NCBI GenBank assembly: GCA_021772705.1
Contig: JAJFLN010000112.1
Span: forward strand, 1 to 43,193
Direction of reading: 5' to 3'
Length of the DNA stretch: 43,193 nucleotides
Source of the DNA: Candidatus Cloacimonadota bacterium
GTDB lineage: Bacteria; Muiribacteriota; UBA6191; JACPRK01
Below are positions 1 to 8,309 of the stretch, piece after piece (within the stretch, counting starts at the first letter, position 1; every line of letters begins with the position of its first letter). The translations under genes were made by a program, and so were the position numbers. Under the pieces are notes generated by a model, which worked only from the letters and a program-made list of their open reading frames with translations, did no database searches and was not told where the DNA came from.

Positions 1-86
1 CCTGGACCCCGATTGAACAGGTCAAGCTCTCGTATGTCATTCAAGTGCTCATCAGCACTCTCAGTCGCACCAGTCCCATTGGGGGT

Positions 87-131
87 TTGGGGGAGCTGGC
101 TCCCCCAACGGGGTGTGGGGCTGAGCCCCAC
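87..131 (-). other. Two tandem GC-rich stem-loops downstream of the TPR gene (possible terminator or REP-like structure)
   Basis: TTGGGGGAG-CTGG-CTCCCCCAA (87-108, 9-bp stem) and GTGGGGC-TGA-GCCCCAC (115-131, 7-bp stem), 37-80 nt beyond the stop at 168. No U-tract follows on the minus strand. Confidence 0.35.
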
Positions 132-167
132 TACAACAAAATTCGTCTTATCTCACCGGCATTGACC

Positions 168-911
168 CTAAGGGGCCATCTCCGAGAGCTTCTGCCGGGC
201 CGTCACGTTCTCGGGATCCAGGATCTGGATGTTCAGCAAGATGTTCCTGGCTGAATCGGGACGCTCCCGGTCGATCTCAATCAATGCAAGCTCGGTCAGA
301 TAGGGAACATCGGTTGGATAGAGCACGAGCATGGCGTTGACGACGAAGGCTGCCTGCTCCAGCTTATTCTGGGGCCGGAGAGCTTGTGCGAGACGCAGGT
401 TTCCGTAGTAGCTCGCGGCATCGATCTGCAGGATCTGCCGGGCCAGCACCTCAGTCTCCTCGAATCGCTGCTGGGCCATCATGGGCAGCAGACAGCCGAG
501 CTTGGCCTCGATGGACTGGGGCGCGATCTGGATGGCCCTTTGGTAGTGCAGCTCGGAGTTGGCGAAGTTCCCCTTCATGTAATACAGCCAGCCCAGACGA
601 AGGTTGATCGTGTAGCCCCTGGGATAAGCCTTTCGGATGGGCAGAAGGACCTTGATGGCGTCAGCGTAATTCTGGGTCTTCTCGTATCGATAGGAGCTGC
701 TGTAGCCCCGTCGAATGTCCCTGTCGCTGAAGTCTGCCTGGGCCGTCGCCGTTGACAGCAGGAGGCCCGCGGTCAGGAGGAGAAAGAGCGCGAGCCTGAG
801 AACGGCAGCACCCCGGAGGCGTCTATCTTCACGGGGCTCGGTGTCAGAACGAATGCCCGAGACTGACTGAGAATCCGTCGACGTTGGAATCTGCGGTCTG
901 GGCGATATCAT
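168..911 (-). CDS. TPR-repeat protein with hydrophobic N-terminal signal/anchor
   Basis: ORF 168..1043. Hydrophobic AAVLRLALFLLLTAGLLLSTATAQA is followed by TPR-like helical repeats (YADAIKVLLPI, GNFANSELHYQRAIQIAP, EEAERLARQIL-type). No ATG/GTG/TTG exists after the upstream stop at 844, so ATG 911 (68-nt overlap with the upstream gene, no SD) is the nearest start. Start uncertain. Confidence 0.6.
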   Translation of the reverse strand: MISPRPQIPTSTDSQSVSGIRSDTEPREDRRLRGAAVLRLALFLLLTAGLLLSTATAQADFSDRDIRRGYSSSYRYEKTQNYADAIKVLLPIRKAYPRGYTINLRLGWLYYMKGNFANSELHYQRAIQIAPQSIEAKLGCLLPMMAQQRFEETEVLARQILQIDAASYYGNLRLAQALRPQNKLEQAAFVVNAMLVLYPTDVPYLTELALIEIDRERPDSARNILLNIQILDPENVTARQKLSEMAP

Positions 912-1707
912 TGAAGAGTTCTCGAGTGTACTTGAAGCGGATTGACGTTGCGTCTTCCAGGGCGATCTTGATGTCAGCACCATAGCCGCCAGTATGCCGC
1001 TCAGCGAGATTGTAAACCGTGAAGCCCCCATCGCGCACGGCAAAAGCCTGCGTTCCGGACCATCCGTATGCCGAGAAGGTCCAGGGCTGCCAGTAGAAGG
1101 TGAGCCGCTGCTCGACGGAGCGGAAGTCCTGCCTGCCGAGACCGATGTCGTCGTCGAGATGAACCCAGTAGCCAGTCAGGTCAGTCCGGAAGGTGAAGTC
1201 CTTCTCCTCCGTGACGGTGTATCCGATGTGAGGTGTGAACTGGAGGGCGGAGATCTCCGGTACGGCGTCGGCATATTTGGAGTAGTAGATGTCGGCTCCC
1301 ACGTCCCACTTGTTCAGCTCGTAGTAGTGGGCGCCCACGATACCGGTCCACCCATCGCTGGCGAAGACGCCGTCGGCGCTGACGATGTGTCCGCCGAACC
1401 GGAACTTCCAGTTCGGGACCGAGAAGTTGCTGTACACCGTCGTGTAGTCTCGCTGGGTGTACTTCCCTCCGCCGACCAGGTCGATTGTCAGTTCGTCATA
1501 GGACACCTCGACCAGGTCTTCCAGGCCGAAACCGAAGTAGCCATAAATCCCGTAGAACGCGGCGTTGTCCTTGGCGATGGAGTTGTCATAGTCAAGGGAT
1601 CCTGCATAGGCGATGGCGTCTACCCGGGTCTCCTCCGCTTCGACGGGGGTGGCCATGAACAGGGTCAGAACCAGCAGGAACAGTAGCTCAGGCTTCTTCA
1701 ATTTCAA
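844..1707 (-). CDS. Outer-membrane beta-barrel protein (porin-like) with signal peptide
   Basis: TTG starts at 1707 and 1701 lie behind GAGGAG. Signal peptide KKPELLFLLVLTLFMATPVEAEE. Aromatic/Gly-rich alternating strand pattern. The C-terminus ...SVSLGHSF ends in Phe, as in OMP beta-signals. Confidence 0.65.
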   Translation of the reverse strand: MKLKKPELLFLLVLTLFMATPVEAEETRVDAIAYAGSLDYDNSIAKDNAAFYGIYGYFGFGLEDLVEVSYDELTIDLVGGGKYTQRDYTTVYSNFSVPNWKFRFGGHIVSADGVFASDGWTGIVGAHYYELNKWDVGADIYYSKYADAVPEISALQFTPHIGYTVTEEKDFTFRTDLTGYWVHLDDDIGLGRQDFRSVEQRLTFYWQPWTFSAYGWSGTQAFAVRDGGFTVYNLAERHTGGYGADIKIALEDATSIRFKYTRELFNDIAQTADSNVDGFSVSLGHSF

Positions 1708-3754
1708 TTCTCCTCAACTCCAGTTCTTCGCTCCAGATTCGGTACATTCCAGGCTTGTCGCCCAGGGTCACCTCGATTTTCTCATCCAGGTCCAGGAACG
1801 CCGACTCCACCTGGGTCTCAAATTTGTTCTTCGACAGGAAACGGGAATGGGTACGGACTTCGGCGAAGGGAGGATGGAAGGACCCGAGGAATCGGGCCGC
1901 CTCACAACGGACGCCTGAAGAGGCGACACCGGCGGGCACGAAGTCATGCCAGGCCAGTCCATCCCGGTGTACGAGCGGTATCCGGGACATGGCCTTGAAG
2001 ATCAACTGCAGCCTGTCGTCGTTGCCCTCGAGGCTCTGGAAGTAGAACGTTCCTTCGTGCTTCCCGAAGAAGAGCTTCCCGTCATCGGAATCGAGATAGT
2101 AACTGCCGGCAGGCGACATCCGGACCGTCAGGCGCAGGAACTCGGCATTCTTCCCATGTCTCTTCACCTGGAAGTCGAACTGCTGATCGAGGATGAAGCA
2201 GGTCAGCCGGTCGAGGTGGCGATCGATGCTGAGGGGTTCGATCCGATCGTTCTCCTCCGGCGTGGCGTTGGCGTGATGGTGCTCGCCATCAGTGTAGCTG
2301 GCAAAGCTGAAGGGCAGGGTCCGGGCCCCCAGTCTCTCCTCTGCTTGGACCTGAACGTGAATGTGCGGTTGCGGCGAATGGCCCGAGTTGCCGCAAAGGC
2401 CGAGGAAGGTGCCTCGCTCCACCCAGTCGCCTTGCTTGACGGCGACGGAATTCTGCGCCAGATGCGACAGCTCGACGTGGAAACCTCTGGGATCATGGAT
2501 GACGATGGCGTTGCCCCAGTTGTTGATCCTGTCCACGTCACCCACATTGTTGTCCGGCAAGTCGCTCACGATGTTGATGATCCTGCCCCGTACCGGTGAG
2601 AGCACGGGCTTGCGATAGGCGTGGTAGTCCTTCAACTCCGTTCCGGCTCCTCGGAAGGTCTCTCCATCGGTGCCGGTGATCACGAAGTCATAGGCATACT
2701 TCCAGTTTCCCTTGTGCGTCCATCTCCCGTTGAAGCCCTGCCAGACTGTCCACTTGCCGGCGAAAGGAAGGGCGAGAATCCTGTCACTTCCGGTGTATCG
2801 GGCTTTCATGGAGAGGTGCTGATCGAGGGTTTCCTCAGGGGTCTTCTTTATGTATCGGGCGATCAGGGGGCTTCCCAGCAGTCCCAGGACATAAATCATC
2901 GTCAACGAGATCATGTTGAAGGGCAGAGTGAAGGCGGGAATACCGTAGCTGGACCAGAAAACCATGGTGGCATCGAGAAGGATCGTGGAGATGACGACGG
3001 CGATGACCGCAAGGCCGTAACTTCTGGGGGAAGGAATGAGGAAGACCCCTCCCAGTGCCATGGCGATGAGGATGAAGTTGAAGCTGTTGATATCGGCGAA
3101 GGCCTGGACGCTGGACCCGAGCAGAAGCCCTCGTATCAGCGTCCCGGTTCCGTATCCGATAACAGCCAGAAGGGTCAGTATCCGGGACCGGCAGAAGATG
3201 AGCAAGAGGAGCAGGAGGCCCGTCACGGAGTCCGGCGAGAAGAGGATCGCCCCAAGAGACTTCAAGAATCCCGATAGCCAGCCGGGCAGGTCGAAAGGCA
3301 TGGGAAGTGGCTGCTCCCGAGAACCGACGACGAAGAGGTTCGAGTACCGAAGCGATGCTAGATAGCTCAGGGAACTGACCAGGACGAAGGGGACGCTGAG
3401 TATCGGGAGTCCCAGATAGGTGGAGAACAGGTTGGCCAGGCTGATGGTGACCACCAAGGTCAGGACGCCAGCGCTGCAGACTAGAAAGGCCGTCAAGGGA
3501 GAGAACTGGAACAGACTGCCGAGAGCAAGACCGACCAGAAGCGGGTTGTAGGTGTAGTAACCGGTGCTCAGGAACTCCTTCTCCAGGTTGATGAGCCTGG
3601 CGAAGGCGTAGGCGGCGACGACGGCCAGCATGCCAGCAGCGGCCATGCCGGGCCGCAGGAGCAGCAGGGCGAACATCACCGCTCCCAGGGGTAAACCCTG
3701 CAGGAACAGCAACTCGGAGTAGCTGTTCAGGATGGCGAAGAAGTGGGCTTTCAC
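1688..3754 (-). CDS. Urea-transporter-like membrane domain fused to an M23 (LytM) metallopeptidase domain and an unassigned ~200-aa C-terminal domain
   Basis: UT-like polytopic N-half (ILNSYSELLFLQG..., GYYTYNPLLVGLALG). Intact M23 motifs (ELSHLA, GNSGHSPQPHIHVQVQ). The maximal ORF reaches 3874 but overlaps the upstream gene by 80 nt. GTG at 3754 (read from sequence) lies just before the first TM segment and after the upstream stop at 3795. Confidence 0.75.
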   Translation of the reverse strand: MKAHFFAILNSYSELLFLQGLPLGAVMFALLLLRPGMAAAGMLAVVAAYAFARLINLEKEFLSTGYYTYNPLLVGLALGSLFQFSPLTAFLVCSAGVLTLVVTISLANLFSTYLGLPILSVPFVLVSSLSYLASLRYSNLFVVGSREQPLPMPFDLPGWLSGFLKSLGAILFSPDSVTGLLLLLLIFCRSRILTLLAVIGYGTGTLIRGLLLGSSVQAFADINSFNFILIAMALGGVFLIPSPRSYGLAVIAVVISTILLDATMVFWSSYGIPAFTLPFNMISLTMIYVLGLLGSPLIARYIKKTPEETLDQHLSMKARYTGSDRILALPFAGKWTVWQGFNGRWTHKGNWKYAYDFVITGTDGETFRGAGTELKDYHAYRKPVLSPVRGRIINIVSDLPDNNVGDVDRINNWGNAIVIHDPRGFHVELSHLAQNSVAVKQGDWVERGTFLGLCGNSGHSPQPHIHVQVQAEERLGARTLPFSFASYTDGEHHHANATPEENDRIEPLSIDRHLDRLTCFILDQQFDFQVKRHGKNAEFLRLTVRMSPAGSYYLDSDDGKLFFGKHEGTFYFQSLEGNDDRLQLIFKAMSRIPLVHRDGLAWHDFVPAGVASSGVRCEAARFLGSFHPPFAEVRTHSRFLSKNKFETQVESAFLDLDEKIEVTLGDKPGMYRIWSEELELRRIEIEEA

Positions 3755-3794
3755 GGTGAAACCGAGAGGCTGAAAGGCCGGGACCCGATGGACT

Positions 3795-5180
3795 TCATCC
3801 GGTCCGGGACGCTGTCGGCCGGGACTTCGGGTAGACACGCAGCCGATCGGGCAGACGTTCCCTCCGGGCGACATCTGTCAGGTCCTCCGCTTCTCGGATG
3901 ACCTCTACCCTCCCATCTTCGCCAACGAGGACGACGTTGGGCCGATACTCGATGAACTGGAGCCACTGGGTGTTGTTGTAGGCGCCGACGGGAGTGAAGA
4001 TCAGCCGGGTTCCGCGAGACAGGGGAGGCAGTAGGGTTCCCTCGTCGATGGCGTCAATGTTCATACACATGGGGCCGTAGACCACTGATGTCTCGTTTGG
4101 ACCCGAGGCGGGACGATCGAGGGCCACGTCGAACTTGTACCAGAATGACGTAAACAGCAGGTTGATACCGGCGTCGGCGACGTAGGCTCGGGTCCCGTCC
4201 GGAAGCCGTTTCGATGCCCAGATGGTGGTGATCAGCGAACCGGCGTCATCGATCAGGGCCCGTCCGGACTCGAGAATCAGCTTCGGGAAGTGATTCGGCT
4301 TCAGGTTCTTCCAGAGGGCCTCGCAGATCTCCTCGGCATACTCATCGAGGGATGGGATTCCCACATCGGGAGACAGGTAGGTGCCCTTGAGGCGGATCTT
4401 TGACGGAAACCCGCCCCCGAGATCGAGATACTCGATCTCGAATCCGAACTCCTCTTCCACCCGGTAGGCGAACTGGATCATCTTCTCCACTTCCCGGGCG
4501 TAGGCCTTCGGCTCGAGAATGAATGTCCCGATGTGGCAGTGGAGCCCGCCGAGAGCGAGCTTGCCGCCCTTGGCCATGCGCTTGACCGCATCCATGGCCT
4601 GTCCCGACTCCAGGTTCATTCCGAAGCGGGACCACTGGGGGTAGATCCCGGTGTTCATGTTGAGCCGCATGCCGACGGTGAGCTTCTTGCCCAGCTTGTC
4701 GGCGACCTTCTCGAGGTCGTAGATCTCGTCGAAGTGATCCAGATTGACGGTCACTCCATCAGCCAGCACCGTCTCGAGGGTCTCCATCGGCTTATGGGGG
4801 CCGTTGAGGATGATCTGATCTCCAGGGATGCCCAAGTCCTTGGCCTTCTCGTACTCCATCTGTGAGACGAGCTCGGCCATGGCTCCTTCCTGATGGAAGA
4901 TCGCGCAGATGGCCTTCAGATAATTGGTCTTGTAAGACCAACCGAATGCCACGTTGGGGTAACGGGTGGAGAAGGAGGAGTAGGTCTCCCGATACTTTTC
5001 GCGCAAGGTCTTCTCGGAGAAGACGAACAGTGGGGAGCCAAACTCCTTGACCAGGTCGTCGACGGCCACGCCATCGATGTGGGTTGTGACTTTGCGGGCA
5101 TAGAGAGGGCTTTGGCCAAACTTGTTCATCATGCCGCTCTCAAGTTTCCGTATCAGAGGGCGGATGTATTCTCGCTTCAC
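3795..5180 (-). CDS. PLP-dependent decarboxylase, Orn/DAP/Arg decarboxylase family (fold type III)
   Basis: Motifs WSYKTNYLKAI (PLP-Lys), GLHCHIGT, LDLGGGFP, GPMCMNID. GTG start at 5180 with GGGGAGAG 5 nt upstream. One nt separates it from the ATP-grasp stop. Confidence 0.85.
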   Translation of the reverse strand: MKREYIRPLIRKLESGMMNKFGQSPLYARKVTTHIDGVAVDDLVKEFGSPLFVFSEKTLREKYRETYSSFSTRYPNVAFGWSYKTNYLKAICAIFHQEGAMAELVSQMEYEKAKDLGIPGDQIILNGPHKPMETLETVLADGVTVNLDHFDEIYDLEKVADKLGKKLTVGMRLNMNTGIYPQWSRFGMNLESGQAMDAVKRMAKGGKLALGGLHCHIGTFILEPKAYAREVEKMIQFAYRVEEEFGFEIEYLDLGGGFPSKIRLKGTYLSPDVGIPSLDEYAEEICEALWKNLKPNHFPKLILESGRALIDDAGSLITTIWASKRLPDGTRAYVADAGINLLFTSFWYKFDVALDRPASGPNETSVVYGPMCMNIDAIDEGTLLPPLSRGTRLIFTPVGAYNNTQWLQFIEYRPNVVLVGEDGRVEVIREAEDLTDVARRERLPDRLRVYPKSRPTASRTG

Positions 5181-5181
5181 T

Positions 5182-6228
5182 TCAACTCTCCCCTCGGGTG
5201 ACGATCTTCTGGAAGACCGTCAGGTCTGTTACCAGCTCGTAGGTGTAGCGGACGAAGAGCTTGCCGGCTTCGTAGTCAGCTGCAATGTCCACCGGATCCC
5301 CCATCGCTTTTCTTACCAGGTTCGCAGCCAGGTTATGTCCCACACCGGTGGAGAAGTACGACCAGGCCGGGAATCGGGGGTTGATCTCGATCAAATAGAT
5401 CTGACCCTTGCTGCCGATGATGCACTCGAGCTCGAAGGGGCCTCGCCACTGGGTGTGAGTCATCAGGTCCTGCGTGGCCTTCAACATCCCATCGTGGCGC
5501 ACGGTCATGCCGGTCCAGATCTTGCCCTGGGAGGTGATCCAGCTCTTCTTGATGCCCACCAGTCCCAGGTGACCGCCTTCACCGTCTCCGACACCCACCA
5601 CGTTCAGCTCCTCGCCGGTTACCACTTCCTGAATGATCACCGGGTAACCCCACTCGTTGGCCAACTCCTGGAAGTGAGCTATCGCCTCCTGCCGAGTGTA
5701 GGCTCGCTTCGCCTTGTAGAAAGTGCCCTTCACCATCACTGGAAGTTGCAGTTCCTCCAGGCAGGGGATCAACCGGTCCGGTGAAGAGACGACCCGGGTC
5801 TCCGGCACGTCGACCTCGATGGCCTTCGCCAGATCCGGCAGATTGTCCTTGCCACGAAGCTGGAACTGCTTCCGTGTCGGCAGGAAGCTCTTGATCCCGG
5901 CTTTCTCGAGATCCCTGGCATACTTGATGTAGACAGGCAGCTCTGAATCGAGGTTGGGAATCACCACGTCCAGGCCAAAGTTCTGTTTGATGTAGAGGAG
6001 CCGCTCCACCAGCGCTTCGCCTCCCCCTGATGGGTAGGGCATGATAAACGACCGATCGATGATCCAGTCCATGTAGATGCCCGGTTCCATGGCATCGTAG
6101 GCGAGACCGAGCACCTCGATGTCGAGACCCTCGGCCTCCTTCAGGCTCCGGGCAACTCCGGCACCAGGACCAGGATTGTCGACGGCATTGATTCCCGAGA
6201 CAGCGACCGTTAGCTTGGCTGCGGCCAT
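5182..6228 (-). CDS. ATP-grasp family carboxylate-amine ligase
   Basis: ATP-grasp core (PVMVKG, VIIQEVVTGEE, YLIEINPRFPAW). ATG 6228 lies 2 nt after the PqqD-like stop (TGAGGATG). The ORF track uses TTG 6234. Confidence 0.8.
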   Translation of the reverse strand: MAAAKLTVAVSGINAVDNPGPGAGVARSLKEAEGLDIEVLGLAYDAMEPGIYMDWIIDRSFIMPYPSGGGEALVERLLYIKQNFGLDVVIPNLDSELPVYIKYARDLEKAGIKSFLPTRKQFQLRGKDNLPDLAKAIEVDVPETRVVSSPDRLIPCLEELQLPVMVKGTFYKAKRAYTRQEAIAHFQELANEWGYPVIIQEVVTGEELNVVGVGDGEGGHLGLVGIKKSWITSQGKIWTGMTVRHDGMLKATQDLMTHTQWRGPFELECIIGSKGQIYLIEINPRFPAWSYFSTGVGHNLAANLVRKAMGDPVDIAADYEAGKLFVRYTYELVTDLTVFQKIVTRGES

Positions 6229-6230
6229 CC

Positions 6231-6467
6231 TCAAATCACCCCGTAGGATCGCAGGCGCTCACAGAAGTCGCCCAGGTCGCGTTCAGCTTCCTCGGGTCCG
6301 ATGTCATAGGTCTCCACCAGGCCATTGATGATCTCAGCCGCCGGCACCTCAGCCGTGAGCCCCTTCAGAATGAACTGACCTGTCTCGTTGACAACGAAGC
6401 TGTCGCCGGTGGAGGGATCAAAGGCGAAACCCTCATCGTTCAGCGCCAGTGACGAAAGCTTGGACAT
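6231..6467 (-). CDS. PqqD-family small protein (peptide-chaperone / RRE-like fold)
   Basis: 78 aa. The pattern FVVNETGQFILKGL...AAEIINGLVETYDIGPEEAERDLGDFCERLRSYGVI matches the PqqD-family layout (LNxTGxxIWxxL ... DVxxFLxxLxxxGLI). Strong SD GGAGAGGAG upstream. Confidence 0.7.
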   Translation of the reverse strand: MSKLSSLALNDEGFAFDPSTGDSFVVNETGQFILKGLTAEVPAAEIINGLVETYDIGPEEAERDLGDFCERLRSYGVI

Positions 6468-6704
6468 CCAACCATCTCCTCTCCCGAATGGCAGGTCCCG
6501 TGGGAGACTGCGGACATCTGCCTGGGCTGCCCGAAAGGGCCGTTGCGACTCAGGGGTCGTTGAGAGGGTACCGTGCCAGCCTCACAGGGGGATTGCAACA
6601 ACCGATTGAACCCTACCGTTGATCCGGCGTCATTCGGAGGTAGACTATCTCTTGTGACACCAGTCTCCCTGGTGCGACATGGATGAAGGTTCGAAGAGGG
6701 CGTC

Positions 6705-7421
6705 ATGGAATTGACCGAGAAAACCCCGCGAAGCTGGAGAACCTGGTTGCCGGCAGCCAAGTTTCTCCTGTGGGTGACACTTGTCCTGTCCATTGCTGTG
6801 ACAGGATTGATCAGGGTCGGAACGGGAGAGATGCCGGACCCGGTGTCGATTCGCCGGCAGATCGACGGTCTGGGTAGTTGGGCGCCCCTGCTGTTCGCCG
6901 GGATGCTGACGTTTCGGCCATTCCTGTTTCTTCCCAGTTCGATCGTGATGATGGGGGCCGGTCTTGCCTTCGGTCCCGGACTCGGAGCGCTGGTGACCAC
7001 CTTCGGCCTGATGCTGGGAGCCTTCACGACCTATCTACTGACCCGGTTTCTGGGCTACGAATTCGTTCATCAGAGAGGGGGCCGGAGGCTGGAGAAGCTC
7101 TCTCAGGACATGGGGCCCGGGTTCGTCCTGATCATGAACATGATTCCGATCATGCCCCTCACCCTGCCGAATTACCTGGCAGGTCTGGCAGGTGTGCCCC
7201 CCCTTCAATTCATGGCAGCGACGTTTCTGGGGCTTCTGCCCAGAGTCTTCGCATGGACGACGATGGGGAACATGCTAGTGGAGCGAAACTGGTTCGTCAT
7301 CCTGCCCGCTTCGCTGCTTCTCCTGATACTCATGGCGATCCCTCTGGCCTTCCCGTCGGTCAGGAGATACCTGCGGGAGCTGAAGAATGCAAGTCCAGAG
7401 CCAGTGGAAGAGTTGCCCTGA
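6705..7421 (+). CDS. DedA / TVP38-TMEM64 (SNARE-associated) family membrane protein
   Basis: Polytopic protein. FRPFLFLPSSIVMMGAGLAFGPGLGALVTTFGLMLGAFTTYLLTRFLG is typical of the family. Confidence 0.75.
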   Translation: MELTEKTPRSWRTWLPAAKFLLWVTLVLSIAVTGLIRVGTGEMPDPVSIRRQIDGLGSWAPLLFAGMLTFRPFLFLPSSIVMMGAGLAFGPGLGALVTTFGLMLGAFTTYLLTRFLGYEFVHQRGGRRLEKLSQDMGPGFVLIMNMIPIMPLTLPNYLAGLAGVPPLQFMAATFLGLLPRVFAWTTMGNMLVERNWFVILPASLLLLILMAIPLAFPSVRRYLRELKNASPEPVEELP

Positions 7422-7430
7422 TCCAGGATC

Positions 7431-8309
7431 TCAGGGCTTGGACTTCAAGGCTCGGCGGATCTCTTTCACAGCTTGCCGAGGATCCACTACACCGGTGGAC
7501 ACTTCCAGTCCCCGGCGCTGAAGTTGCATCAGGACCTGGACCCAGACCGGTGGCCGCAGCCCGGCCCGGATCAAGATGTCCGGGTCTCCGTAGACATCGG
7601 CTGGCCGGGCGGAAGCGACGAGGCGTCCTCGAGACATGATGAGGAGCCTGTCCACCAGGGAGGCGAGCATCTCCATGTCGTGACTGATGAGAATCACCGT
7701 CCGGCCCCCTTCCCGTTGTAGACCCTGGATGTGGTTCAACAGCTGAGTCCGGCCGGAGGAGTCGAGACCCGCCGTGGGCTCGTCGAAGATCAGCACATCA
7801 GGCTCCATGGCCAGTAGACTGGCGATGGCGACCCGGCGCTTTTCGCCGCCCGACATCTCGAATGGAGAGCGGGACAACGTCTCCTGCTCCGGCAGACCGA
7901 CGGCCTGAAGCGCATCGCGGACTCTGCGATCAATCTCCTGAGGATCAAGCATCAACTGCTTGGGGCCGAAGGCGACTTCTTCGAATACGGTTCTCTCGAA
8001 TATTTGGTCCTCGGGCTGCTGAAAGACCAGGCCGACGGAGGTGGAAGGATTGCCGGCATCGATTCCCTCGCCGTACTCGATCTCCCCAGAGCTGTAGTCG
8101 AGCAACCCGCAGAGAGTCTGAACGAGAGTGGACTTTCCGGACCCTGTGGAGCCGACGATCCCGAGCAGGTCCCCGGCCCCGATATCGATGTTGACACCTT
8201 CGATGGCGGCGGTCTCGAAGGGGGTCCCTTCCAGGTAGATGACCGAGATGCCTCGGGCTCGAACCATTGGCGCCGGCGGGGCCTGTTCCACACCGTTGGA
8301 TGCGGTCAT
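7431..8309 (-). CDS. ABC transporter ATP-binding protein, EcfA2-like
   Basis: Walker A GSTGSGKST, signature MSGGEKRR, Walker B LIFDEPTAGLD, H-loop ISHD. The FQQPEDQIF motif is typical of ECF/CbiO ATPases. Confidence 0.85.
   Translation of the reverse strand: MTASNGVEQAPPAPMVRARGISVIYLEGTPFETAAIEGVNIDIGAGDLLGIVGSTGSGKSTLVQTLCGLLDYSSGEIEYGEGIDAGNPSTSVGLVFQQPEDQIFERTVFEEVAFGPKQLMLDPQEIDRRVRDALQAVGLPEQETLSRSPFEMSGGEKRRVAIASLLAMEPDVLIFDEPTAGLDSSGRTQLLNHIQGLQREGGRTVILISHDMEMLASLVDRLLIMSRGRLVASARPADVYGDPDILIRAGLRPPVWVQVLMQLQRRGLEVSTGVVDPRQAVKEIRRALKSKP

Noticed and set aside
45-254. 69-aa plus-strand ORF at the window start
   Set aside because: It runs straight through the two GC hairpins and into the antisense of the TPR gene. 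It has no SD and a repeat-derived peptide composition.
6468-6704. Guanidine (mini-ykkC/ykkC) riboswitch upstream of the operon containing a urea-transporter-like gene
   Set aside because: Several ACGG tetranucleotides are present. However, I could not build the required paired hairpins with ACGR loops or the ykkC architecture, so there is no support from the sequence alone.
6440-7027. 195-aa minus-strand ORF spanning the leader and running antisense to the DedA gene
   Set aside because: It is Pro/Arg/Ser-rich, a composition typical of off-frame ORFs in GC-rich DNA. It lies antisense to a well-supported membrane-protein gene and has no SD. Only its last 25-88 codons sit in intergenic DNA; these are covered as a low-priority item in the leader finding.
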